This document shows, piece by piece, positions 10,182 to 17,651 of a stretch of DNA of 64,000 nt; within the stretch, counting starts at the first letter, position 1, and the number at the start of each line of letters is the position of its first letter. The notes beneath the pieces were generated by a model, which saw nothing but the letters and a program-made list of their open reading frames with translations, did no database searches and had not been told where the DNA came from. Made by a program: the position numbers and the translations under genes. The DNA lies in IMG/VR virus record IMGVR_UViG_3300042520_002054, positions 56,709 through 120,708 of that record; one strand, written 5' to 3'. This DNA comes from a virus.

Positions 10182-10192
10182 GGGGTTTTCTT
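10162..10192. terminator. Bidirectional intrinsic terminator
   Basis: AAAACCCCTC-gtaatt-GAGGGGTTTT between convergent genes, with A/T tracts on both sides. Confidence 0.85.
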
Positions 10193-10211
10193 CTTATATA
10201 GTGAACATAAA

Positions 10212-10862
10212 CTATAGAGACTTAAGCATCTCTATAAGTTTAGGATGAGGGTAAATATCCACCTTATCTTTTCTTACAGAATTATGAGTATATACTCCAG
10301 GTTCACCTTTTAAAGCTCGTGGTGTAATGTCCCAAATATCTTCGTTATATTCTAAAGGAATTCCATATTTCTCTTTCCAAAGCAGCAAGAGTTCTTTTGT
10401 CGATTCTATTTGAGCATCAGTGTAATTATGAAAATATTTGTATCCTTTAAAAGGTTTTTCCAGTTCACATACTTGATCTGCAGGTACTTCTCTGTTGACA
10501 TAGTTATAAAACTTACCGTCTTTTAAAGTTAATTGTCCCCAGCAGCAGATTTCAATACCAATAGAAATCTTATCAAGACTCTGATAAGGTACTTTATGTT
10601 TGGTAAAGATATCCTGTTTCAAACCTAGGTGATACGCCCAGTACTTAGATGAAAATCCTTGGACAATTTGACCATCAATAGTAGCTGTACCCTTACCAGA
10701 AATAGAAACACAAGTAGCAATACGTTCAGTATTTGCAGCCCATCCTTTAAATACCTGTTCAGCATTTGCATTACCTGCTGTATGGTGTAAATAGATTTGT
10801 TTTTTAGGGAATACATCCTGCATGTACTGACTTGCAGGAAAAGCTATTTGTTTAATGTTCAT
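10212..10862 (-). CDS. Endolysin, N-acetylmuramoyl-L-alanine amidase (Amidase_2-like)
   Basis: IYLHHTAG, WAYHLG, SIGIEI, YTDAQ and THNSVRKDKVD Zn-amidase motifs. Confidence 0.88.
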   Translation of the reverse strand: MNIKQIAFPASQYMQDVFPKKQIYLHHTAGNANAEQVFKGWAANTERIATCVSISGKGTATIDGQIVQGFSSKYWAYHLGLKQDIFTKHKVPYQSLDKISIGIEICCWGQLTLKDGKFYNYVNREVPADQVCELEKPFKGYKYFHNYTDAQIESTKELLLLWKEKYGIPLEYNEDIWDITPRALKGEPGVYTHNSVRKDKVDIYPHPKLIEMLKSL

Positions 10863-11470
10863 TTCTTAGATAATTTGAGTTTCCACTGCGTACCAATTCC
10901 GAAAAAAGGACCTTGATTCGGAATGATCATTCCATTTACATAATAAACTTTGTCAGATTTTGTCTTCAAATACAAATTCAATTCAGCACCCACTGTATTT
11001 AGTTCGGTATTTGTAAAGATTCCACCCCCTACATACACCTGGTTACGGTTTTTGACCACAGTTGTTGTCTCTTTTACAATAGGTAACCTGTACTTATAGT
11101 TGTATATTCTATTCTTTAGCTCATTAAACTGTACAGAATCAACAACAAAGACGTAACCTAAAGAGTCAAGCTTTAGTGTATCAGCGTAAATATTGATTGC
11201 AGTATATTCCTTAACCAAATTCTGAAACTGTTTTTTTAATACAGCATAATTTGTATCAGGTATGTATTTAATTTCTCCAGGTAAATAAGTTGTATCTCTA
11301 ATTATCCTGGGAACTTTACGAACAATCAACGAGTCTTTAGTAATGTATACAGTATCTCTTTTTACTGTAACCTGACCGGGTTCTGTAATCGTACTTGGAC
11401 CAGAACATGATCTTTGTAGTAGTATAATCAATACTAAGACTCCTATAATAATTAAATAAAATCTATTCAT
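10859..11470 (-). CDS. Membrane-anchored lysis protein, putative spanin
   Basis: N-terminal hydrophobic helix followed by Cys, DTxY repeats, C-terminal amphipathic beta strands; overlaps the endolysin start. Confidence 0.5.
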   Translation of the reverse strand: MNRFYLIIIGVLVLIILLQRSCSGPSTITEPGQVTVKRDTVYITKDSLIVRKVPRIIRDTTYLPGEIKYIPDTNYAVLKKQFQNLVKEYTAINIYADTLKLDSLGYVFVVDSVQFNELKNRIYNYKYRLPIVKETTTVVKNRNQVYVGGGIFTNTELNTVGAELNLYLKTKSDKVYYVNGMIIPNQGPFFGIGTQWKLKLSKK

Positions 11471-11488
11471 TTGGTTTTCAATAAGTTA

Positions 11489-11755
11489 TCAAACATCTGG
11501 GTCCTGCTTTTCTTCTTCTTTCTTTGCAGGTCTTTTAATCACTTGACCCAGAGTACCGATACCAAGTGAGGCAGCACATAGTATCAAGAATCCATCAAAT
11601 ACATATTGATGAATGTTTAATGTTTTACCTATAAGACCTGTAATCAAGTCAGCTATCAATATGATTAAGCAAGCAACAAGAGAAACAAGACCCACGAATG
11701 TTTTTTCGCTGATCTCATTATCATCTCTAATTAGCTTTTTAAAAAACTCTATCAT
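11489..11755 (-). CDS. Putative holin (two TM helices)
   Basis: 88 aa with two hydrophobic segments and a charged C-terminal tail; located in the lysis cluster. Confidence 0.55.
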   Translation of the reverse strand: MIEFFKKLIRDDNEISEKTFVGLVSLVACLIILIADLITGLIGKTLNIHQYVFDGFLILCAASLGIGTLGQVIKRPAKKEEEKQDPDV

Positions 11756-11760
11756 AAAAA

Positions 11761-12066
11761 TTATTTTCTCTTGTAATCAATGTCGTTTTCAGGCTTAATA
11801 TAATAAGTCTGTTCTCTTTCTTGAGATTGCGAAGGCAACTCTGAAGAAGCGGGCTTACTTGTAGTAAACACATAGTTCTTTAGCATCGATACATCTGATT
11901 CCAGTTGCTCGATTTTAACTCTGTCCGCACTCTGATTTGTCAGAAGCAATTTTACGTCAGCTCGCATTTCGGTAATATCCCTCCACAACAGGATACCGAC
12001 AAGTCCGATAAGCATAGGACTTGCCCACTCTTTGACAGTGCTGATAACTTTTTCTTTGTCTTGCAT
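11761..12066 (-). CDS. Single-TM coiled-coil protein (holin/antiholin-like)
   Basis: PMLIGLVGILLW TM segment followed by a coiled coil; first gene of the lysis cassette. Confidence 0.45.
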   Translation of the reverse strand: MQDKEKVISTVKEWASPMLIGLVGILLWRDITEMRADVKLLLTNQSADRVKIEQLESDVSMLKNYVFTTSKPASSELPSQSQEREQTYYIKPENDIDYKRK

Positions 12067-12128
12067 GGTAGTATGATCAAAATAGATTGTAAAAAGTTTT
12101 TGATAATTCTACCACCTCCCTCATATAA

Positions 12129-12158
12129 AATATACCCAATAGTTTCGAGTTCTCCAAG
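12129..12158 (-). promoter_or_regulatory. Putative late promoter for the lysis cassette (CTTGGAG-N16-GTATATT)
   Basis: Same two boxes and the same 16-nt spacer as at 17604-17633; a similar arrangement is at 31112-31141. Confidence 0.55.
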
Positions 12159-12333
12159 AAATTCACTTACTTTGTAGAACTCATTAATGAATATTTAATC
12201 AATATGATTTCAAAGTACTGTAAACTAGAAGTTTGTGTGAATTGCATGAATTTTTCCAAAAATTTCATGCACTCTAAGACCAGACTTCCTGTAGAACTTT
12301 GTAAATTATATATGTAACTCCTCATTATTTACT

Positions 12334-12377
12334 GACCATTCATGTCCTTCATTTTTCGGGATATGGGAGGTCTTTTT
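12334..12377 (+). terminator. Terminator-like hairpin in the leader of the RNR genes
   Basis: GACCATTCATGTCC / GGATATGGGAGGTC stem (G-U pairs, one mismatch) followed by TTTTT, 33 nt before nrdB. Confidence 0.45.
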
Positions 12378-12410
12378 GTCTCTATATGCAACACTAACAA
12401 AACATAGAAT

Positions 12411-13385
12411 ATGGGAATTTTTGACAAACGTATCGCATTTAAACCTTACGAACACCCTGAGATTATGAAATACAGGGATGCCATCAAGCATAGTCGCTGG
12501 GACGTTGAAGAATTCAACTTTGACAGTGATGCTTATGATTTTAAACACAAGCTTTCTAACGCAGAAAAGGAAGCTATTAAAAGAACTCTTCTCGCTATTT
12601 CGCAAATTGAGATCAGTGTCAAAACATTCTGGGCTAAATTAGGAGAACACATTCCTAAACCAGAATTCAATGCTGTAGGTATTACGTTTGCTGAAAACGA
12701 AGTAGTACACTCTGAAGCATACTCTAAGCTTTTAGAAGTACTTGGATTTAACAGTGAGTTTGATTTACTACTTCAGAACCCTGTTATAGGTGGACGTGTA
12801 GAGTATCTTACCAAGTATCTTAAAAACAGTGGAGACAATGCAAAGCAGGTATATACCCTGAATCTTGCTTTGTTCTCAATGTTTATTGAGAACGTATCTC
12901 TTTTCAGCCAATTTGCTATTGTAAAATCATTTATTGAAAAGAAAAATCTTTTAAAAGAGGTTGACACAGTAATTGAAGCTACGATGAAAGAAGAAATTAT
13001 CCATGCTCAGTTAGGTATGCATGTCATTAACCTTATAAAAAAAGAGTACCCAGAATGGTTTGACCAGGATTTTTATGAAAAAATCTATAGAGCATGCAAA
13101 AAAGCTTTTGATGCTGAGGTTAAAATCATTGACTGGATATTCGAAGAAGGTGAAATTGACACTGTATCTAAAGAAGCTGTAATTGAATTTATTAAGAATA
13201 GATTTAATAGCTCACTTACTGCTATAGGAGGTGAGGAACTATTCGAAATAAACGAAACAGTTTTATCTGAACTATACTGGATGGTTGAAGCTATCTATGG
13301 ATATGTTCGCAACGATTTCTTCAATACACAAGGAACAAACTACACTAAATTTCAAAAATCAATAACAAGTAAAGATCTTTTTTAA
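12411..13385 (+). CDS. nrdB: Ribonucleotide reductase beta subunit, class Id-like (NrdBi)
   Basis: QIE-x-x-VK, E-x-x-HSEAY, IENVSLFSQF, EE-x-x-H and C-terminal YTK...KSIT..DLF, as in Flavobacterium-type beta subunits. Confidence 0.92.
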   Translation: MGIFDKRIAFKPYEHPEIMKYRDAIKHSRWDVEEFNFDSDAYDFKHKLSNAEKEAIKRTLLAISQIEISVKTFWAKLGEHIPKPEFNAVGITFAENEVVHSEAYSKLLEVLGFNSEFDLLLQNPVIGGRVEYLTKYLKNSGDNAKQVYTLNLALFSMFIENVSLFSQFAIVKSFIEKKNLLKEVDTVIEATMKEEIIHAQLGMHVINLIKKEYPEWFDQDFYEKIYRACKKAFDAEVKIIDWIFEEGEIDTVSKEAVIEFIKNRFNSSLTAIGGEELFEINETVLSELYWMVEAIYGYVRNDFFNTQGTNYTKFQKSITSKDLF

Positions 13386-13386
13386 T

Positions 13387-15039
13387 ATGGCGAAAATGGA
13401 CTGGTATACTCCCCTTAGTGAGGAGTTCATGGGAAGAGGTTATTTTCATAACGATAGTACTATTAACGATAGAATAGACTCAATTGCTAAACTTGTAGGT
13501 GATACTTTTAAAGATGAAGAAATCGCTTTTAAAGTAAAAGAGTATATAGAGAATGGTTATTATGTATTACCATCCCCTGTATGGAGTAATGTCGGAACCG
13601 GTCGTGGTTCCGGTATCTCTTGCTTTAATACACACGTAAGTGACAGCATTGAATCTATCATTCGAGGTAATGCTGAAGTAGGAATGCTTTGTAAAATTGG
13701 AGGTGGTACATCCGGTTATTTTGGTGAAATCAGACCTGCGGGGAGTAAGATTTCTACAGGTGGTGAAACCTACGGTGCTGTGCATTTTATGCAGATGTTT
13801 GACACTACCAAAAACGTAATCTCTCAGAACAATGTTCGTCGAGGTGAATTTGCTGCTTACCTGGATATTACTCATGGTGATATCAAAGATTTCTTGAGAA
13901 TCAATGCTGAAGGTCATAAGCTCCAGCGCTTCCCTTTCGGTGTTTGTGTTTCTGACAAATGGTTGGAAGACATGAAAGCTGGTGATATGGATAAGCGTGA
14001 ACTATGGGCTATGGTTATTGACTCAAGAAACCGTACAGGATTTCCATATATCTTTTATACAGACAACGTAAACAACAATACTGTTGATGTATATAAAGAC
14101 ACAGAAGCAAGGATTAATTCTTCAAATATGTGTACAGAAATTCTTCTACCTTCTACTGAAGAAGAATCATTTGTATGTGATTTGGTTGGTATGAACCTGG
14201 TTAAGTTTGATGAATGGAAAGATACCGACGCTGTAAGAATTGCAGTATATATTGCTGATGCTGTGCTGCAGGAGTTTATTAATCGTTATCGTGAGACACC
14301 ATTTATTTCCAGAGCTATTAAGTTTGCTGAAAGACACCGTGCTATTGGTATTGGTGCATCAGGATATCACTCTTACTTGCAAAGTAAGATGATTCCTTTT
14401 GAGTCTTTGACTGCAAAGTTCACTAATACTTTGATTTTCAAAACAATTCAAGAACAAGCTTGGGAAGCATCTCGTGAGATGGCTAAGAAATATGGTAAAC
14501 CTGAAGCACTTGCTTCTGATAAATACGATAGACGTCATACAACGCTTACAGCTGTTGCACCAAACACGTCTTCGTCATTTATTATGGGTCAACAATCTCA
14601 GTCAATTGAACCATATACTTCTAATTACTACATCAAAAAGACTGCTAAAGTCAAGCATGCTGTAAAAAATCCTTACTTAAAAGAGCTTCTTGCTAGTATG
14701 GGTAAGGATACCATGGAGGTATGGGAGTCAATTCTACAAAGATCTGGTAGTGTTCAACACTTACCGTTCTTGTCAGAAGATGAGAAACTTGTATTTAGAA
14801 CCTTTATGGAAATATCTCAGATGGAGATTGTTATCCAGGCAGGTCAAAGACAAAAGTTTATTGATCAAGGTCAGTCACTGAATCTAATGATTCATCCTGC
14901 AACACCGACTAGAGATGTTAATACACTTCTTCTTAAAGCTCACGAGCTTGGAGTAAAAACATTGTATTATCAGTTAGGTCAAAATGCTGCTCAAGAATTT
15001 GCAAGAGATATTCTTTCTTGTGAGTCATGCGCAGGATAA
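13387..15039 (+). CDS. nrdA: Ribonucleotide reductase alpha subunit (short, no ATP cone)
   Basis: ISCF, SNMCTEI, VCDL, APNTSSS, DQGQSLN, KTLYY and C-terminal CESC. Confidence 0.95.
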   Translation: MAKMDWYTPLSEEFMGRGYFHNDSTINDRIDSIAKLVGDTFKDEEIAFKVKEYIENGYYVLPSPVWSNVGTGRGSGISCFNTHVSDSIESIIRGNAEVGMLCKIGGGTSGYFGEIRPAGSKISTGGETYGAVHFMQMFDTTKNVISQNNVRRGEFAAYLDITHGDIKDFLRINAEGHKLQRFPFGVCVSDKWLEDMKAGDMDKRELWAMVIDSRNRTGFPYIFYTDNVNNNTVDVYKDTEARINSSNMCTEILLPSTEEESFVCDLVGMNLVKFDEWKDTDAVRIAVYIADAVLQEFINRYRETPFISRAIKFAERHRAIGIGASGYHSYLQSKMIPFESLTAKFTNTLIFKTIQEQAWEASREMAKKYGKPEALASDKYDRRHTTLTAVAPNTSSSFIMGQQSQSIEPYTSNYYIKKTAKVKHAVKNPYLKELLASMGKDTMEVWESILQRSGSVQHLPFLSEDEKLVFRTFMEISQMEIVIQAGQRQKFIDQGQSLNLMIHPATPTRDVNTLLLKAHELGVKTLYYQLGQNAAQEFARDILSCESCAG

Positions 15040-15046
15040 AATAATG

Positions 15047-15082
15047 AAGCTTGGGGTCGTAATTTGCGACCTCAAGTTTTTT
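15047..15082 (+). terminator. Intrinsic terminator
   Basis: CTTGGGGTCGTA / TGCGACCTCAAG stem followed by T6. Confidence 0.8.
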
Positions 15083-15104
15083 ATTATAAAAACCAACCAT
15101 CCTT

Positions 15105-15731
15105 ATGAATAGCAAAAACCAAGTCGAACTTATCGGTTATTATGGTTCCGATCTCACACATGCACAATCAGCATGGACCTCAACAGTAAGAGATCTTACC
15201 GAAGAAAAATTAAATCGCATTGAAAAGCTACTTACAATGCTTGCATCAGAAGGTCATTTTACACCTTTTGAAAAATCTAGTTTACACTTTTTAGTTACCG
15301 TTGATCAAGCTACTCACATTCATTTACTAAAACATCGCATAGGTGTAAGTATAAATGGTGAAAGCGCACGATACAAAGAACTAAAAGAAGACAAAGCGTA
15401 TATTCCTGATGACTGGAATGAACGCTGGTCCATCGCACTACGTAACTTTACAGATAGTGCTAACAATCTCTATCATCAATGCTTAGAGGAACTTACACCT
15501 TATCTTGGAAGAAAACGAGCTAAAGAGTCTGCACGATTCTTTAAGACATTTAATTCCCAAATTACAATGGATGTAATGTTCAACTGGAGAAGCTTTTATC
15601 ATTTTCTAAAACTTCGTGATTCAGAACATGCTCAGAAAGAGGTTCGTGAATTAGCGCAGCAGATGCTGCACAAAATTAAAGAAATAGAAGGTAATCCATT
15701 TGAATTAACTATTAAAGCTTTTAAACTATAA
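15105..15731 (+). CDS. thyX: FAD-dependent thymidylate synthase
   Basis: GHFTPFE, KHR-x7-SARY (variant of RHRx7S), N-x-RS-x-x-HF-x-x-LR and HAQ-x-E. Confidence 0.92.
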   Translation: MNSKNQVELIGYYGSDLTHAQSAWTSTVRDLTEEKLNRIEKLLTMLASEGHFTPFEKSSLHFLVTVDQATHIHLLKHRIGVSINGESARYKELKEDKAYIPDDWNERWSIALRNFTDSANNLYHQCLEELTPYLGRKRAKESARFFKTFNSQITMDVMFNWRSFYHFLKLRDSEHAQKEVRELAQQMLHKIKEIEGNPFELTIKAFKL

Positions 15732-15735
15732 CGAA

Positions 15736-16356
15736 ATGGTACTACAAGAAAAGTTATTCAATCACCTGTTTAAATCAGGTATTACACCAAATGCGTGGTG
15801 TGTATTATATTCTATTTATAAAAGTATTTCGTATCGAGCATATCTTCCTGATATGGCTGAGTATAGTAAACTAGTAGATGCAGGATTCATTCGTCAGATA
15901 GAAATCCGTGACGAAGACAATTTTGTACAAGCAAGAAAGTTTGAATTAACTTCTAAAGGTTTAGCGTTTATTGAAGAAATGGAAACAATTCTGAGCGCAA
16001 AACTTAAAAAACAAGCGCTTAATACTTCTCAAAAAGAAGAATGGGCGCAAAAGATATCAGAATTTCAACAGAAGTTTCCTAAAGGTGGGGGTTATAGAGG
16101 TAATGCGCGTGATGTAATGCAGCGATTTGTTTGGTTTTTTAGTGAGTATCCAGAGTTTAACTGGGATACTGTAATGAAAGCAACAGATCTGTATATCAGT
16201 GAGACAAACCCTGCTTATTTAAAGTATTGTCAGTATTTCATTAGTAAATCTGATGCACACAAAATTGTTACTTCAGTTCTTGCAAATTATTGTCAACGAA
16301 TACTTGATGGTGATGAAAGCACTGAAGCAAAACAATTTGCTGTAACTGTATTTTGA
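15736..16356 (+). CDS. Hypothetical protein with a possible N-terminal winged helix (replication initiator or regulator-like)
   Basis: LVDAGFI...FELTSKG winged-helix-like pattern; the C-terminal F...FP...R...F..F region resembles replisome-organiser domains. Confidence 0.45.
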   Translation: MVLQEKLFNHLFKSGITPNAWCVLYSIYKSISYRAYLPDMAEYSKLVDAGFIRQIEIRDEDNFVQARKFELTSKGLAFIEEMETILSAKLKKQALNTSQKEEWAQKISEFQQKFPKGGGYRGNARDVMQRFVWFFSEYPEFNWDTVMKATDLYISETNPAYLKYCQYFISKSDAHKIVTSVLANYCQRILDGDESTEAKQFAVTVF

Positions 16357-16386
16357 TGCTCATGTTTTGTTAGAAAGTAGTGGAAT

Positions 16387-16417
16387 AAAAAAACCCCGGC
16401 AGCATCACCGGGGTTTT
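16387..16417. terminator. Bidirectional terminator at the junction of the replication and virion modules
   Basis: AAAACCCCGG-cagcatca-CCGGGGTTTT between convergent gene blocks. Confidence 0.85.
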
Positions 16418-16443
16418 CCACTTACTAACACATCTACTATGAA

Positions 16444-16863
16444 TCAACCGAACAACTTGAACAGAACTTGAAAGTTCGCTTCAGTTTCAATATTCTTGAA
16501 ATCGTCGATACTAAGTTTTACGTGTTCAATTTCTCTTTCGGTACGCATAAGCTCATCCATTTGCTTACGGAACTCAACGATGTTTGGGTTCACTTGTCCA
16601 TCAATTTCATTTTTGATCTCAAATGATCCTTCTTCAGTTTCTGTTCCTAAAGACTTGATAAGTTCATTACGCTGCTCACCAATATACTTTTTATCCTCTT
16701 GTAGAGTTGTCAAAAGTTTTGTGAGATAATACTTTGTAGAAATTGAAAGCTTGTGTTGCAGCAATCCTTTTGAAACAATTCCTGTTTCGTTTGCTACACC
16801 ACCAATTTCTGCTTCCAGGAAGAGAATCTCTTCCAGAGTTAGACTGGTTTTTACTGTTTCCAT
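16444..16863 (-). CDS. Helical hypothetical protein (tail-fibre-associated, DUF1617-like)
   Basis: 139-aa acidic coiled-coil ORF downstream of the fibre genes; family assignment is from memory. Confidence 0.5.
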   Translation of the reverse strand: METVKTSLTLEEILFLEAEIGGVANETGIVSKGLLQHKLSISTKYYLTKLLTTLQEDKKYIGEQRNELIKSLGTETEEGSFEIKNEIDGQVNPNIVEFRKQMDELMRTEREIEHVKLSIDDFKNIETEANFQVLFKLFG

Positions 16864-16890
16864 ATACGTATTTTGGATTTGTTAACGGTA

Positions 16891-16912
16891 CAAATATAAG
16901 AAAGTTCTACAA
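16891..16912 (-). promoter_or_regulatory. Bacteroidota-like -7 element (TATATTTG) preceded by TTGTAGAACT
   Basis: The minus strand reads TTGTAGAACT-TTCT-TATATTTG, 27 nt before the ATG at 16863. Confidence 0.55.
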
Positions 16913-16913
16913 T

Positions 16914-17051
16914 TTAACGACCTTGACCGCGATAATTTTTTTCTTTACGGTTGTGTTTATTGTAACTCTTAGCATGACTCCCAAGCTTTCTTTTACCGAA
17001 AGTCTGCTTTACACCTTTAGAACCCCCTGCTGAAGATTTCTTTGCTGCCAT
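16914..17051 (-). CDS. Small, very basic protein (45 aa, ends YRGQGR; not in the ORF track)
   Basis: MAAKKSSAGGSKGVSRLSVKRKLGSHAKSYNKHNRKEKNYRGQGR; ATG lies 1 nt after the upstream stop. Confidence 0.75.
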   Translation of the reverse strand: MAAKKSSAGGSKGVKQTFGKRKLGSHAKSYNKHNRKEKNYRGQGR

Positions 17052-17052
17052 C

Positions 17053-17568
17053 TTAGCAATCAACTACATTCTCTGCTCCGAAAAGCTCAGCGAGTTTCTC
17101 CTTAAGCTTGCCGTAAGCAAATTCAAAAATATCCACATCTTCTGCTGCAGAAAGATCAGGAACAACCTTATCAGTAGTAACCTCAACATCTTTCTCTACC
17201 AACTCAGTAACCGTTCTAGTTACAGTGTTTGTGGTAGGTTCACCACCCTCTTCTGCTGGAGGAACAGTGATTTCCTCAGTAATCTGCTTTTCTTCAGGAA
17301 CCATACGCTTTTCAGTAGTAGTCACACTAATCGTCTTTTTCATAGGAACGATAAGGGTGTCACCAATTTGAGCATTTCTTGCAGATCCTGAAACCACAAC
17401 AGACGGTCCATCTGCAGAAGCTGCAGGAACATCTGACTGTGACTGGAACAACTGTAAACCGAAGTAAGCACTGCCGGTTTTGTTAATTTGATACGTACTA
17501 ATACGTACATAAGCTTCGCTTGTAATACCCTGATCGGTACCAATTTGAGCTGTAATTTTTAGTGCCAT
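17053..17568 (-). CDS. Hypothetical tail-fibre-associated protein
   Basis: 171-aa ORF with its own promoter-like element; carries a T/E/V-rich extended insert. Confidence 0.6.
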   Translation of the reverse strand: MALKITAQIGTDQGITSEAYVRISTYQINKTGSAYFGLQLFQSQSDVPAASADGPSVVVSGSARNAQIGDTLIVPMKKTISVTTTEKRMVPEEKQITEEITVPPAEEGGEPTTNTVTRTVTELVEKDVEVTTDKVVPDLSAAEDVDIFEFAYGKLKEKLAELFGAENVVDC

Positions 17569-17589
17569 TTTTTATAAAGTTTTTAGGTA

Positions 17590-17633
17590 AGTTCTACATA
17601 TTTAATATACAAAAATTCAATAAACTCTCCAAG
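17590..17633 (-). promoter_or_regulatory. Putative late promoter (CTTGGAG-N16-GTATATT) plus ATGTAGAACT box
   Basis: Matches 12129-12158 in both boxes and in spacing. Confidence 0.55.
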
Positions 17634-17651
17634 TTTAAATCTGCTAATTCC

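Noticed and set aside
12067-12410. tRNA or known riboswitch (e.g. yybP-ykoY) in the largest intergenic gap
   Set aside because: No cloverleaf or T-loop and no recognisable riboswitch consensus by eye; kept only as an unspecified structured leader.
6096-15039. Inteins or introns in PolB or RNR
   Set aside because: Lengths are compact and catalytic motifs are contiguous; no splice motifs or homing endonucleases were seen.
15330-15374. ThyX KHR instead of RHR as a sign of inactivation
   Set aside because: The substitution is conservative, and the catalytic Ser and the other motifs are intact.
3613-17632. TTGTAGAACT repeats as a CRISPR mini-array
   Set aside because: Only 10 bp long, dispersed and in mixed orientation, with no regular repeat-spacer period and no cas genes.
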